From an uncultured bacterium (lineage in GTDB: Bacteria; Acidobacteriota; Thermoanaerobaculia; Multivoradales; JAHZIX01), in NCBI GenBank assembly GCA_965368975.1, contig CBDUPA010000012.1, positions 160,001-224,000 of the forward strand: a stretch of DNA of 64,000 nucleotides, in the 5' to 3' direction. A model generated the notes under the pieces. The model was not told the DNA's origin. It worked only from the letters and a program-made list of their open reading frames with translations, and did not search any database. Positions 9,667-24,529 of this stretch are shown here, in pieces. The first letter of the stretch is position 1. Each line of letters starts with the position of its first letter. The position numbers were made by a program, and so were the translations under genes.

Positions 9667-9728
9667 CGTAGAGGGCGGTGCGGGCACGGCATGTCCCTGA
9701 AGTCGATGTTGCAGGCACCGGTCAGGAC

Positions 9729-12572
9729 TTACTGCAAGTACCCCAAAGCTCGTAACTGCGCTTCGAGTTCAGCGGGCAGTCCACCCGCACCGCCCTCCGT
9801 CCCCGCCCATTCGCGGCTGGACGGAGGGCCGTCCCACCACAGCAGCACGCCGACTTCGTCCGGGTGCAGCAGCCGATCCAGAAGCTGCCAGCCCTCGGGG
9901 CCGAGACGCGCGGCGCGGACGGTGGAGAGGTTTTCGACATTGAGGCGCAGGTGATGCTCCTCGCCATCGAGCGTCGCCCAGATCTCGACGCGCGTCACCT
10001 CGACTTCGGCGATCAGAGTGACGCTCGTGCCGGCTGGCAGCTGGAACTCCTGGGTATTGCGCTGGCCGCGGCGGATGCACGGGCCGTGTGCACAGCGGCT
10101 TTCGAGGTCGGTCGACTTGAGACCGTTGGTGGGCAGGAAGGGGGCGAGCTGGCAGCGGCCTTCGAGTCGAGTCGAGCCGGGGTTCTGCAGGCGCAGGCGC
10201 AGGCCACTGGCGTCGCGCAGGAAGCTTCGGCGGAGTTGGCGCTGCAGGGTATCGGTGTCCGGGCCGCGAGGACTCACATCCTCCAGCCCGAGTTCCTCGC
10301 CACCGGGCCAGACGCTCGCCTTGTGGATGACCTTGTGACGACCGTCCTGCAGCGCGACGCCGTGGTTGCTGCTGGCGGCGTAGCTCCAGGCGGCGGGGAT
10401 CTCTTGCTCTTCGCCGCGCAGCAGGGGGCGCAGGGAGATGCCGTCGAGGTCGTCGGGGATGGGCAGGTCTAGCAGGTCGAGCAGGGTGGGCACGATGTCG
10501 ACGCTGCGCACCTGCGTCGGCACGCGTCGGCCGGGGCGGGCGGCGGGCTCGTGGGGGGCGGCGAGGAGGAAGGGGATCTGCAGGTTCTCGTCGTAGAGGT
10601 AGAGATGGTTGTAGACGCCGTGCTCGCCGAGCATCTCGCCGTGGTCCGAAGTCACCAGGACGACGGTGCGCTCGCTCAGGTCGAGGCGGTCGAGGGTGCG
10701 CAGGATCTCGCCCAGGGTCTGGTCGGCGGCGGCGATGCCGCTGTCGTAGAAGGGGCCGAGGACATCCGGACCGACGAGCTGGTCGCCGTCGGGGTCGCCG
10801 AGGACGTGCGCATTGTCGGGGTCGTACCAGGTGGCGATGTTGTGCTCGACGAAGCCGGTGTCGGCGCTGCGGGGTAGCGAGTCGATGCGCACGTCGTGGC
10901 GCTGGTGACGGCCGCCGAAGCGCTGGTAGAAGGGTTCGTGCGCGCGCAGCGGGCCGTGGACGGCGTAGGTGTGGAAGAAGAGGAAGAAGGGACGGTCTGT
11001 GTTGGCTTCCAGCCACTCCCGGGCGGCGCGCGCGTGCGTCTGCAGCTCGTCGTCGACCGCTTCACGTCGCCGGTCGCGCCAGTAGCGGAAGGCGTCGAAG
11101 CCGCGATCGAGACCGAAGTTGGGGTGCAGGTAGCCGCCACCGGTGATGGCCTGAGTGGCGTACCCGGCGTCGCGGAGTTCCTGGGCCAGCAGCGGCAGGC
11201 CCGACGGCACGCGCTCGCTGCCCAGGTTGACGCCGTGACGGTGGGCGTCGAGGCCGCTGAGCATCGAGACGTGCGACGGCAGCGTCCACGGACTGGCGGC
11301 GACGGCGTCTTCGAAGATGACGGCGTGGCGGCGCGCCCACTGGTCGAGGTTGGGGGAGGTGGAGCGCTCGTGGCCGTAGAGGCTCAGGCGGTCGGCGCGC
11401 AGGGTGTCGATGGAGATCAGGATGACGTTGAGCGGGGCGGGCGTTGCCGTCGGCGTCTCCTTGTCCGATCTCGGCGCATAGATCGCGGGGTGGGCCCAGA
11501 AGCCGGCGGCCTGCGCTGCATCGCCGGGCCCGTGGCTGCCCCCGCTGTCGAGGACTAGCGCTTCGAACTCCAGGCTCAGCTCGACTTGCAACGGGTCGGG
11601 TGCGTCCTCGGCGAGCCGGTCCGCCAGCGACGCCAGGGGCACGCGCACCTCCCGCCAGCCGTCATTTGCGTCGATCTGCTGCCGCCGCAGTTCTTCCTTC
11701 CATTGGGGCCCGTCGATGCTCGTCGCGGTGACACGGAAGCGAGCCGGCGCCGACCACGCGGGCACCGCGACCGCTGCGCGCAGCTCGGCGCGGGCCAGCT
11801 GCTCGCGCGACAGTGTCACCGTGCGTTGCAGCAGGTCGCCGTCGACCGTCAGCAGCGCGCGCCGGGCGTCGCCGTCCAGGTCGATCTGCAGCGCTCGCTG
11901 CCGCCAGCGATCCACCTGCTCTACGTCCAGCTCCTCGCTCCACACACTCAGCCGACGCAGCAGCAGGTCGTCCACCGGCGACACCGAGCGGAACTCGAGC
12001 TCCGTGATGCGCCCACGCCAACCCTCGGCGCCGCGGACTACGAAGCGGTAGCGCTGCAGGCCCTGGTCGAGATCGAGGGGCGAGAAGTCGGTCAGGGCGT
12101 TGGTAGGAGCTGTGCCGTCCGTCGTGCGCCAGCGCAGCTCGAGCGGCTTGCCGCGCAGCCCACGCGCCTCCACCTCGACCGCCGTGGCGGTCCCGCCTGC
12201 AGTGGTCGCGGCCTCGAAGTCCACCGGCACCCGCCAGATCAGCGACGAGCGTCGCGCCAGCTCGACCTGCACCCCCGACTCCGCCACCGCCCGTACCTCC
12301 GCTGGCCGTGGCTCGAAGTCGAAGCCGTCCAGGTCCGAAGCCTGGCGCGGCTCGACCTCGAACACCGCCTGGCGCTGCAGGATGCTTTCGGCGCTGAAGG
12401 AGGCCGCCGGGGCGGTCGCGTCCAGCCAGCTGACGGTGGGGTGGAGCAGCCCGACTCGGGACGTGTCGCGCGAAGAGTCGCGCCCGTCCGGGCTGCAGCC
12501 GGCCAGGCCCAGCGTCAGGATGCCGAGGAGAGCTGCAACTTGTCGGAATTCGATCGGAAGGCGAGACTTCAC
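9729..12572 (-). CDS. Sulfatase-like hydrolase/transferase lipoprotein
   Basis: LAGC lipobox after GTG 12572; ISIDTLRAD, SPWTLPSH, TSDHGE and SVDIVPT motifs. Confidence 0.85.
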   Translation of the reverse strand: MKSRLPIEFRQVAALLGILTLGLAGCSPDGRDSSRDTSRVGLLHPTVSWLDATAPAASFSAESILQRQAVFEVEPRQASDLDGFDFEPRPAEVRAVAESGVQVELARRSSLIWRVPVDFEAATTAGGTATAVEVEARGLRGKPLELRWRTTDGTAPTNALTDFSPLDLDQGLQRYRFVVRGAEGWRGRITELEFRSVSPVDDLLLRRLSVWSEELDVEQVDRWRQRALQIDLDGDARRALLTVDGDLLQRTVTLSREQLARAELRAAVAVPAWSAPARFRVTATSIDGPQWKEELRRQQIDANDGWREVRVPLASLADRLAEDAPDPLQVELSLEFEALVLDSGGSHGPGDAAQAAGFWAHPAIYAPRSDKETPTATPAPLNVILISIDTLRADRLSLYGHERSTSPNLDQWARRHAVIFEDAVAASPWTLPSHVSMLSGLDAHRHGVNLGSERVPSGLPLLAQELRDAGYATQAITGGGYLHPNFGLDRGFDAFRYWRDRRREAVDDELQTHARAAREWLEANTDRPFFLFFHTYAVHGPLRAHEPFYQRFGGRHQRHDVRIDSLPRSADTGFVEHNIATWYDPDNAHVLGDPDGDQLVGPDVLGPFYDSGIAAADQTLGEILRTLDRLDLSERTVVLVTSDHGEMLGEHGVYNHLYLYDENLQIPFLLAAPHEPAARPGRRVPTQVRSVDIVPTLLDLLDLPIPDDLDGISLRPLLRGEEQEIPAAWSYAASSNHGVALQDGRHKVIHKASVWPGGEELGLEDVSPRGPDTDTLQRQLRRSFLRDASGLRLRLQNPGSTRLEGRCQLAPFLPTNGLKSTDLESRCAHGPCIRRGQRNTQEFQLPAGTSVTLIAEVEVTRVEIWATLDGEEHHLRLNVENLSTVRAARLGPEGWQLLDRLLHPDEVGVLLWWDGPPSSREWAGTEGGAGGLPAELEAQLRALGYLQ

Positions 12573-12602
12573 AGCTGCAGTGACTCTACAGCTGCAGTGA
12601 CT
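12571..12602. repeat. 15-bp direct repeat ACAGCTGCAGTGACT duplicating the 3' end of the ALDH gene
   Basis: Copies at 12571-12585 and 12588-12602. Confidence 0.85.
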
Positions 12603-14034
12603 TGGTCTCCAGGTACTCGTCGAGTCCCCACTTGCCGAATTCGCGGCCGTTGCCGCTCTGCTTGTAGCCGCCGAAGGGGGCCTGGATGTTGAAGTTGCCG
12701 CCGTTGATGTCGACCTGGCCGGTACGCAGCCGTCGCGCGACGCTCTTGGCGCGCTCGACGTCGGCCGACCACACGCCACCGGCCAGACCATACGGCGAGT
12801 CGTTGGCAAGGCGCACGGCGTCGTCTTCGTCGTCGTAGGGAATGATGCACAGCACGGGGCCGAAGATCTCTTCCTGCGCGATGGTCATGTCGTTGCGCAC
12901 CTTGGAGAAGACGGTCGGACGCACGTAGTAGCCGGTGTCCAGGCCCTCGGGCGCTTCGGGACCGCCGGCGGCGAGTTCGGCGCCTTCGTCGATGCCCTTC
13001 TGGATGTAGTCGCGCACGCGGTCGCGCTGGGCTGCCGAGACCAGCGGACCGAGCTTGGCCTCGCCACCCATCGGATCGCCGACGGTGAAGCGGGCGGCGG
13101 TCTCGGCGGCGATCTGGGCCGCCTCGTCGAGGCGCGCGCGCGGTACCAGCATGCGCGTCCAGGCGGAACAGGTCTGGCCGCTGTTGAAGTAGCACTTGTT
13201 GACGCCGGTGCGCACGGTGCCCGCGAAGTCTTCGACGTCGTCGAGGATGATGTTGGCACTCTTGCCGCCCAGTTCCAGCGCCACGCGCTTGACCGTCTGC
13301 GCGGCGTTGGCGGCGACGCGGCGGCCGGCGCCGGTGGAGCCGGTGAAGGAGACCATGTCGATGTCCGGGTGCCCCGAGATCGCCTCGCCGACCACCGGGC
13401 CATAGCCCACCACGACGTTGAAGGCGCCCGGCGGTAGGGCGGTGGTCTTCGTTACCTCGTCGATGATCTCGGCCAGGACGAAGGAGCACAGCGGCGCCAC
13501 TTCACTGGGCTTCAGCACCACGGTGCAGCCGGCGGCCAGCGCTGGGGCGACCTTGGCAACCACCTGGTGCAGCGGGAAGTTCCACGGCGTGATCGCGCCC
13601 ACGACGCCGATCGGCTCGCGCACCACCAGCGAGTTGCCGACTTCTTCTTCCCACTCGAAGCTGTCGAGCAGGCGGGCGTAGGAGCCGAGCACGGCGCCCG
13701 GCATGCCCACCTGGACGGCGCCGGCCATCTTGATCGGCATGCCCAATTCCTGCGCCACCAGCTCGGCCAGCTCGTCCTGGCGCGCTCGCACCCCCTGCTG
13801 GATCGCCTTGATCACCGCGGCGCGTTCGGCCACCGGAACGGCAGACCAGACCGGAAACGCGGCGCGTGCGGCGGCGACGGCGGCGTCGACATCCGCAGCC
13901 GTACCTTCCGGCACGCGTCCCGCCGGCTGTTCGGTGGCCGGGTTGATCACGTCGATGGTGCCGGGGCCGGCCGCGCCATCTCCGGTCGCATCGACCCACT
14001 TGCCGCCGATGTATAGCTGCTTGAACTCTCGCAT
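12586..14034 (-). CDS. NAD(P)-dependent aldehyde dehydrogenase
   Basis: [32 protein letters not shown] and PFGGYKQSG motifs; start MREFKQ. Confidence 0.95.
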   Translation of the reverse strand: MREFKQLYIGGKWVDATGDGAAGPGTIDVINPATEQPAGRVPEGTAADVDAAVAAARAAFPVWSAVPVAERAAVIKAIQQGVRARQDELAELVAQELGMPIKMAGAVQVGMPGAVLGSYARLLDSFEWEEEVGNSLVVREPIGVVGAITPWNFPLHQVVAKVAPALAAGCTVVLKPSEVAPLCSFVLAEIIDEVTKTTALPPGAFNVVVGYGPVVGEAISGHPDIDMVSFTGSTGAGRRVAANAAQTVKRVALELGGKSANIILDDVEDFAGTVRTGVNKCYFNSGQTCSAWTRMLVPRARLDEAAQIAAETAARFTVGDPMGGEAKLGPLVSAAQRDRVRDYIQKGIDEGAELAAGGPEAPEGLDTGYYVRPTVFSKVRNDMTIAQEEIFGPVLCIIPYDDEDDAVRLANDSPYGLAGGVWSADVERAKSVARRLRTGQVDINGGNFNIQAPFGGYKQSGNGREFGKWGLDEYLETKSLQL

Positions 14035-14116
14035 GGTCTCGTCCTTATGGGCTCGTCCCGCTCTCGGGACGTGTGTTTCTAGAGCTTGCCTATCCAGAGC
14101 TTCTTCGTGGTCGGCG

Positions 14117-15919
<1,803 letters not shown>

Positions 15920-16160
15920 GGTGTCGAGTCTCCAGTCCGGGTTGGCCGGTCGATTCGAGTTGCAATGTGGCCAGAAGTGGGCGCCAGGACAGCGCCGCGG
16001 TGCGGAGACTGAGGATATCGCGTTTAGGGGGAGAGGGAAAGCACGATGGAGGCGTGACGGTGGAAGTCTCTTCGTGCGAACTCTTGGACTGCCAAATGCT
16101 CTAGATTCAATAACATTGACCTCCTTCCAGGCACGCCGGTACATTCGAAGGGATTCTTTG

Positions 16161-17831
16161 ATGAACTGCTTCGATGCACTTCTGGAGGCCGAGGTGCTCG
16201 AATACCCACCGCAAGCCAATCTCGACGCCATCGCCGAGGCCCTGCGTCACAACCCGCACGTGCTGCACGTCGAGCGGGATGTGGAAGGCCGCTTCTCGTC
16301 CGCCAGCAACCCGAATGATCCGTTCTTGATCTTCGACCCGAATCCCGTCGACTATCAATGGGGCCACTACCTGCTCAACGTTCCCGCCGCCTGGGAGCTG
16401 ACCGGTGGTCACGGGTATGTCGGTCTGGCGGACTCGGGCGTCCAAGTGGATCATCCGGATTTGCGGGCGTTTCATACGGAGACGATCAACAACAACGAAG
16501 TCCTGGTCTACGACGGCGGCAACCTGCGCACGCACCTGGCTTGGGATTTTGGGGACAACGATGCGGATGTCGATGAGCTGGGGCCGAGCATCAATGGAGC
16601 GATCCCGCCCGTAGCCGGGCATGGGACGCACCTTGCTGGAATCATCGCTGCCACGGCGGACAACGGCATCGGCGGCACGGGAGTGTGTCAGCACTGCAGC
16701 CTCGTTCCGAACAAGGTCAAGTCGGAGCGAGGGACGGGGCTCACCGGAGACCTGGCCGATCTGCTCGAGGCCGGGGTTGGAAGTGGCTTGCAAGTTCAGA
16801 GCGTCAGCTTGGGATTTGCGCCGCAAGAATGTGGAGCGGTTGGTGTTCCTTATAGCTTGGTGTGTGATGCTTTGGCGCTGGCTGCAGAACGGCAGGTGCT
16901 CATGGTCGCGGCTTCGGGCAATGCTCGGGAGGAACTTGACTTCCCGGCGAATGATCCTCGGGTCTTGGCAATCGGTGGTATCGGGTCGAACGGTGCATTT
17001 TGGGATGAGTTTCCCAACTGTCCTATCGAGGGTAGCGATGAGGAGTGTGGTTCTAACTCTGCGTTGGGTGCCTTCGCGCAGTCTCTCGTTGCTCCTGCCA
17101 AGTCAGTGCTGTCGACGATTTACACCGGGGCCCTGTGGAGTGAAGTAGCGGAGTACGGAGACTCCTACTTTCCAGAGTCAGGCTATGGGCCGTGTACAGG
17201 TACCTCCATGTCTGCTCCATACGTCGCTGGCCTCGCTGGCATCTTGCGATCGTTGAATCCACTTCTGAACGAGATCAGCGTTCTCAGAGTTCTAGAGAAC
17301 ACTGCCTCGCTGGGTTTTCTGAACTCTCCCGATCCCCAGCTTGGCTATGGGATCCCGGATGCCTACTCCGCAGCACGCGCAGTGCTGGGTAATGTCGGGG
17401 GTGAGCTGCTCGAGAATCGGCTCACGCCCCTGTTCAGCCTCTACAGCGGCTCCGCCTCGACGCACTTCTACACGAGCGTTCCGCAGATGGCAGCAGCGGC
17501 TGTCTTCGACTGTCAAGCACCCTTCATTTCTGAAGGCTTGGCAGTGCCTGGCTATCCCATGTTTCCCGGCGTTGTGGAGGAGCCGTGCCCTATCTCGCCG
17601 TGTACGTCCGTAGCGCCTCGAGCAGCCGTGTACATCTTTACGACGCGGGCCGCGCCGTCTCCCGGCAGTCCAGCACTCAAGCCGCTCTTCCGCATGAGCT
17701 ACGACCCGGACTTCGCCACTCGCTGCAGAGAGGGTGTTACCCAACCGCCGCAGGTCCGTCGCGGCTATTTCTACACCACGAGTGAGGTGTTGTTACCGGC
17801 GTTCAAGGACCTTGGATACGAGCCAAGGTGA
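16161..17831 (+). CDS. S8 (subtilisin-like) serine peptidase; start uncertain, possibly truncated at both ends
   Basis: Catalytic triad ADSGV / GHGTHLAG / GTSMSAP and oxyanion motif AASGN; no signal peptide visible. Confidence 0.8.
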   Translation: MNCFDALLEAEVLEYPPQANLDAIAEALRHNPHVLHVERDVEGRFSSASNPNDPFLIFDPNPVDYQWGHYLLNVPAAWELTGGHGYVGLADSGVQVDHPDLRAFHTETINNNEVLVYDGGNLRTHLAWDFGDNDADVDELGPSINGAIPPVAGHGTHLAGIIAATADNGIGGTGVCQHCSLVPNKVKSERGTGLTGDLADLLEAGVGSGLQVQSVSLGFAPQECGAVGVPYSLVCDALALAAERQVLMVAASGNAREELDFPANDPRVLAIGGIGSNGAFWDEFPNCPIEGSDEECGSNSALGAFAQSLVAPAKSVLSTIYTGALWSEVAEYGDSYFPESGYGPCTGTSMSAPYVAGLAGILRSLNPLLNEISVLRVLENTASLGFLNSPDPQLGYGIPDAYSAARAVLGNVGGELLENRLTPLFSLYSGSASTHFYTSVPQMAAAAVFDCQAPFISEGLAVPGYPMFPGVVEEPCPISPCTSVAPRAAVYIFTTRAAPSPGSPALKPLFRMSYDPDFATRCREGVTQPPQVRRGYFYTTSEVLLPAFKDLGYEPR

Positions 17832-17893
17832 CCTGGTAAAGTGGCTAGTGGTGGCCGATTGATGTTGATGCTCTGGAAAGAGAGGAATTGCTG

Positions 17894-18372
17894 ATGACAA
17901 GGAAGATGCCCTTTTGCTGGGAAGTATTGCTCTGGGTAGTCATTTCCTTGGTCTTGCCAGCGGGGCCTGCCACAGCCTGTGTTCTCGAGAACTTCCAAGT
18001 CGAGGCGGAGCCGGCTCTGCCGGAGGAGAATGAGGACTTCGAACTGATCGTGACCTACGGAGGCAGCACGGGTTGCATCCTCGCAGAACAACTAGTCGTT
18101 GCGGCAGAAAGTCTCCGTTTCGAGATCTCCTGTGATTGCCCGTTCGTCACCACGATTCCCGTTCGCAGGAGTTCCGCACCACCGTTCCTGGCCTGCCTGC
18201 AGGTCTCTACGACTTCGAGGCTATTCATGTGGACTCGCCCCCAACTCCCCGAACCGTCGGTACCGCCCAGTTCCTCATCGGCCACGCCCCCTCGATCCCC
18301 GTCTCTCCCCTGGCCTTGACCCTCCTCACCCTGACGCTCGCCCTCGCTGCCGTCTGGGTGCTGCGACGCTGA
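17894..18372 (+). pseudogene. Secreted protein with IPTL-CTERM-like C-terminal anchor, frameshifted near 18164
   Basis: Signal peptide in ORF 17888; continuation QEFRTTVPGLPAG...APSIPVSPLALTLLTLTLALAAVWVLRR* lies in the frame of ORF 18136. Confidence 0.65.
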
Positions 18373-18374
18373 CG
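18322..18374 (+). repeat. 53-bp direct repeat, copy 1 (encodes LLTLTLALAAVWVLRR*)
   Basis: 51/53 identical to 28419-28471. Confidence 0.92.
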
Positions 18375-18483
18375 CCATCCGGCGCCGCCTTCCGGCGCCT
18401 CCCTGCCTCCCGCTGGGTTCCGTGAAACGGTACACTCTTCGCCGGAAAGAGGTACTACGAACCTACGAACCCGAGGAGTGTGC

Positions 18484-20101
18484 GTGGCTGCGAAGCAGAA
18501 CGGTGGAGGGGACGCCAAGACCACCGAATTGGTGGTCAATGCGGAGGATCTGTGGAAGTCCGCGGACAAGTTGCGCGGCTCGATCGACGCGGCGGAGTAC
18601 AAGCATGTTGTGCTCGGCTTGATCTTCCTCAAGTACATCTCCGACGCCTTCGACGAGCGCCGCGACGCCTTGCAGCGCGAGCTGGCGGACGACGGCATCG
18701 AAGGCCAGATGGCGGAGGAGTTGCTGGAGAGCCGTGACGAGTACACCGCCGAGGGCATCTTCTGGGTGCCGCCGGAGGCGCGGTGGAAGCACCTGGCGCG
18801 GCAGGGCAAGGACGCCAAGATCGCCAAGTTCCTCGATGACGCCATGCACGCGATCGAGCGCGACAACGCCAAGCTGAAGAACAAGCTGCCCAAGGACTAC
18901 GCGCGTCGCGGCGTGCCGGCGCGGCGGCTGGGCGAGTTGATCGACCTGGTCGGCGGTATGACGCTGGGCACCGACGCCGCTCGCGGCAAGGACGTGCTGG
19001 GCCGCGTCTACGAGTACTTCCTGGGCAAGTTCGCCGCCGCGGAAGGCAAGTTGGGTGGCGAGTTCTTCACCCCCAGCTCGGTGGTGCGCCTGCTGGTGGA
19101 GATGATCGAGCCCTACCAGGGGCGCGTCTACGATCCGTGCTGTGGCTCCGGCGGCATGTTCGTGCAGTCCGAGCGCTTCGTGGAGGCGCACGGCGGCTCC
19201 AAGCGCAACCTGTCGATCTTCGGCCAGGAGTCCAACCCCACCACCTGGCGCCTGGCGCACATGAACCTGGCCATTCGCGGCATCGAAGCGAACCTGGGCG
19301 AGCAGGCGGCGAGCAGCTTTCAGCGCGACCTGCACCCGGATCTGAAGGCCGACTACATCCTGGCCAATCCACCCTTCAACATCTCGGACTGGGGCGGTGA
19401 GTTGCTGCGCGACGACAAGCGCTGGAAGTACGGCGCGCCGCCGCAGAGCAACGCCAACTATGCCTGGATCCAGCACTTCCTGCACCACCTGGCGCCCGGC
19501 GGCATCGCCGGTTTCGTGATGGCCAACGGGTCCTTGTCGTCGGCCAGCGGCGGTGAGGGGGAGATCCGGAAGAAGATCATCGAAGCCGATCTGGTCGACT
19601 GCATCGTCGCCCTGCCGCCGCAGCTCTTCCTGACAACGGGCATCCCGGTGTGTTTGTGGTTTCTGTCGCGAGATAAGCAGGGCCAACACGCCAAGCCCGC
19701 GACGCGCGATCGACGCGGCGAAACGTTGTTCCTCGATGCGCGTCAGCTGGGGGAGATGGAAACGCGCACCCAGCGCGTGTTCAGCGGTCGCGACGACGAA
19801 CCCCTGCCGGCCGACAGCGACATCGGGCGCATCGCCGGGACCTACCACGCCTGGCGCGGCGAAGCGGAGGCGGGGGAGTACGAGGATGTGCCCGGTTTCT
19901 GCAAGTCGGCGACGCTGGAAGAGATCCGCAAGCACGGGTTCGTGCTGACGCCTGGGCGCTACGTCGGTGCGGCGGAGGTGGAGGACGACGGCGAGCCGTT
20001 CGAGGAGAAGATGCAGCGGTTGACGGTGCAGCTGTACGAGCAGTTCGAGGAGGGGGAGCGGTTGACGGCGCGGATCAAGGGGAACTTGGAGGCCTTGGGG
20101 T

Positions 20102-20109
<8 letters not shown>
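18484..20109 (+). CDS. hsdM: Type I R-M methyltransferase subunit
   Basis: [25 protein letters not shown] and ANPPFN motifs; GAGGAG before GTG 18484. Confidence 0.96.
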
Positions 20110-21349
<1,240 letters not shown>

Positions 21350-21429
21350 ACGTGCAGTCAGAATCCTTCCCAAAGAAAACTTTCAAAGCAACATTACAAT
21401 CAGAAAAGTTCAACACCAGAAAGCCAGTC

Positions 21430-24400
21430 ATGCCCTCGGAAGCCCAACTCGAACAAACCACCAGCGCTCAGTTCTCCGAGATCGGCTACGCAGCCCACCC
21501 CGCCGTCGACCTCGGCCCCACCTCCGACACCCCCGCGCGCACCAGCGCCGAACAGGTCGTCCTCGAACCCCGTCTGCGCGCCGCCCTGCGCCGCATCCAC
21601 CCGGACTTTCCGGAAGACGCCCTCGACGACGCCATCCGCACCCTCAGCCGCCCACCCGAGCCGACGCTGGAGCAGAACAACCGCTGGTTCCACAATCTCC
21701 TACTCGACGGCATCCCCGTCGACGTACCGGGCCCCGATGGCGACGGCACGCGCGGCGAGTATGTGATGCCGATCGACTTCGAGCAGCCGGCCAACAACGA
21801 CTTCCTGGTCGTCAGCCAGCTCACCGTCCAGGGGCCGAAGAGCGTCCGCCGGCCGGACTTGGTGGTCTACATCAACGGCTTGCCGATCGCCGTCCTCGAG
21901 CTCAAAGATCCCAGCGACGAGCAGGCCACGGTGTGGAAAGCCTACGACCAGCTGCAGGACTACAAGCGCCGCATTCCCGACCTGCTGGCCTACAACGGGC
22001 TGCTGGTGATCAGCGATGGCCAGGAGACGCGGGTCGGGTCGCTGACCGCGGGGCGGGACCGCTTCGCGCCCTGGCGCTCGATCGAGAGCGACCAGCGGTC
22101 CAAGCGCGCGCTGCTCGAAGACGTGATCCGGGGGCTGTTCGAGCCGGCGCGCCTGCTCGACTACCTGCGTCACGGCATCACCTTCGAGGACGACGCGCGC
22201 GGCAAGATCGTCAAGAAGATCGCCGCCTACCACCAGTTCCGGGCCGTGCGGGCGGCGCGCGAGGCCGTGGCGGCGGCGCTGCAGCCGCGCGGCGACGGGC
22301 GCGGCGGCGTGGTCTGGCACACGCAGGGATCGGGCAAGAGCTTGACCATGCTGATGCTCTCCGGCGCCCTGATCGCCGATGCGCGCCTGGCCAATCCGAC
22401 CATCGTGGTGGTCACCGATCGCAACGACCTGGACGATCAACTCTTCGACACCTTCGCCAAGGGCCGCCGGCTGCTGCGCCAGGATCCGGCGCAGGCCGAG
22501 AGCCGCGACGACCTGCGCGCCAAGCTCAACCGGGCCTCCGGCGGCGTGATCTTCACCACCATTCAGAAATTCGAAGAGGCCGGCGACGCGGTGACCCCGC
22601 GCTCCAACGTGGTGGTGCTGGCGGACGAGGCGCACCGCAGCCAGTACGGCTTCTTGGACGGCGGCGCGCGCTGGATGCGCGAGGCACTGCCCAACGCCAC
22701 CTTCGTCGGTTTCACCGGCACGCCGATCGACCTGGACGACCGCAGCACCCGCGCCGTGTTCGGCGACTACGTCGACGTCTACGACATCCGCCAGGCCATC
22801 GACGATAACGCCACGGTGCCGATCTATTACGAGATGCAGCTGGTCAAGCTACTGCCCGACGACGCCGGCATCGAGGAAGGCGAAGCCAAGATCCGGGCCG
22901 CGGCGGAGGCGGATTACCAGGGCGTGGAGACCCCGCTGGACATCGAGGTGCCGCTCGAAGAACTGGCCGGCGCGCCGCCACGCCTGCTCCAGGTGGCGGA
23001 CAAGATCGTCGAGCACTTCGAGGCGCGGCGCGAGGTGATCGAGGGCAAGGGGATGGTGGTGTGCATGAGCCGTGCGATCTGCATGGATCTGTACGACGAG
23101 ATCGTCGCCCTGCGTCCGGACTGGCACGGCGACGACGACGCGGACGGCCGCGTCAAGGTGGTGATGGATCCGAACGTCCGGCGTCAGCGTGAGGGCGAGA
23201 GCGATCAGGACTACGACTGGCTGGCCGAGCGCATCCGCTCGCACGGGCGCACCAAGGGCCGGCGGGCCACGATCGCCGACCGCTTCAAGAACCCGGACGA
23301 CGATCTGCGCCTGGTGATCGTCTGCGACATGTGGCTCACCGGCTTCGACTGCCCACCGCTGCACACGCTCTACCTCGACAAACCGCTCGCTGGCCACAAC
23401 CTCATGCAGGCGATCGCGCGCGTCAACCGGGTGTTCGGCGACAAGCCGGGCGGCGTTGTGGTCGATTTCCTGGGCATCGCCGACCAGCTGCGCGACGCGG
23501 TCCACGTCTACACCCAGGCGGGCGGTGAGGGGCAGCCGGTGCAGGAGATCCAGGACCAGGCGGTACCCCTGATGCTGGAGAAGGTCGAAGCGCTGGACGA
23601 CTTCTTCGCCGACTTCCCGAGCGTCGAGAGCTTCGTGCGGCTCGATGGCGGCGCGCAGCAGGAGCGCTTGCAGGCCGGCATGGACTACGTGTTCGCGCAG
23701 AGCAACGGCAAGCAGCGGTTCCTGTCCATGGTCGCGGCGCTGTCCAAGGCCTTCGCGCTGTCGGTGCCACGCGAGGAAACGCTGGAGGTGCGCGAGCGCC
23801 TGATCTTCTACCAGGCCGTGCGCGCCGCGATCCGCAAGAGCGGCCTGGTCGACGCGCCCGCGCCGCCGCCCGACACCCGCGCCGCCGTGCGCCAGGTGCT
23901 CGCCGGAGCGATCGCCACCGACGGCGTGATCGACCTGTTCCAGGCCGCCGGTATCGACCAGGCCAACGTCGGCATCCTGTCCGACGACTTCCTCGACCGC
24001 CTGGCCGCCATGCCGCACAAGAACCTGGCGCTCGAAACCCTGCGCAAGCTGCTCAACGACCAGATCCGCAGCCGCGAGCGCGTCAACCTGGTGCAGTCGC
24101 GCGGCTTCCGCGAGGCGCTCGAAGCCAGCCTGAGTCGCTACACCAACCGTGCCATCACCACCGCCCAAGTGATCGAGGAACTGCTCGGCCTGGCGCGTAC
24201 CATTCGCGACCAGGTCGCCGCCGCCGAAGCGTCCGGCCTGAGTGACGACGAACGAGCCTTCTACGACGCCCTGGCCGACAACGACAGCGCCCGTCACGTG
24301 ATGCAGGACGACACGCTACGCCAGATCGCCTGCGAGCTCGCCGAGAGCTTGAAGAAAAAGGCCACTCTCGACTGGACCCAGCGCGAAACCGTCCGCGCCG

Positions 24401-24525
24401 ACATGCGCCGCACCGTGCGGCGACTCCTGGCCAAGCACGGCTATCCGCCGGACCAGCAAGAGACCGCGACGCAGCTGGTGATTCGACAAGCCGAACTGAC
24501 GGCGCGAGCGCTGGTGGAGGCGTGA
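21430..24525 (+). CDS. hsdR: Type I R-M restriction/translocase subunit
   Basis: PD...ELK nuclease motif, [18 protein letters not shown] and QAIARVNR. Confidence 0.96.
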   Translation: MPSEAQLEQTTSAQFSEIGYAAHPAVDLGPTSDTPARTSAEQVVLEPRLRAALRRIHPDFPEDALDDAIRTLSRPPEPTLEQNNRWFHNLLLDGIPVDVPGPDGDGTRGEYVMPIDFEQPANNDFLVVSQLTVQGPKSVRRPDLVVYINGLPIAVLELKDPSDEQATVWKAYDQLQDYKRRIPDLLAYNGLLVISDGQETRVGSLTAGRDRFAPWRSIESDQRSKRALLEDVIRGLFEPARLLDYLRHGITFEDDARGKIVKKIAAYHQFRAVRAAREAVAAALQPRGDGRGGVVWHTQGSGKSLTMLMLSGALIADARLANPTIVVVTDRNDLDDQLFDTFAKGRRLLRQDPAQAESRDDLRAKLNRASGGVIFTTIQKFEEAGDAVTPRSNVVVLADEAHRSQYGFLDGGARWMREALPNATFVGFTGTPIDLDDRSTRAVFGDYVDVYDIRQAIDDNATVPIYYEMQLVKLLPDDAGIEEGEAKIRAAAEADYQGVETPLDIEVPLEELAGAPPRLLQVADKIVEHFEARREVIEGKGMVVCMSRAICMDLYDEIVALRPDWHGDDDADGRVKVVMDPNVRRQREGESDQDYDWLAERIRSHGRTKGRRATIADRFKNPDDDLRLVIVCDMWLTGFDCPPLHTLYLDKPLAGHNLMQAIARVNRVFGDKPGGVVVDFLGIADQLRDAVHVYTQAGGEGQPVQEIQDQAVPLMLEKVEALDDFFADFPSVESFVRLDGGAQQERLQAGMDYVFAQSNGKQRFLSMVAALSKAFALSVPREETLEVRERLIFYQAVRAAIRKSGLVDAPAPPPDTRAAVRQVLAGAIATDGVIDLFQAAGIDQANVGILSDDFLDRLAAMPHKNLALETLRKLLNDQIRSRERVNLVQSRGFREALEASLSRYTNRAITTAQVIEELLGLARTIRDQVAAAEASGLSDDERAFYDALADNDSARHVMQDDTLRQIACELAESLKKKATLDWTQRETVRADMRRTVRRLLAKHGYPPDQQETATQLVIRQAELTARALVEA

Positions 24526-24529
24526 GGGG

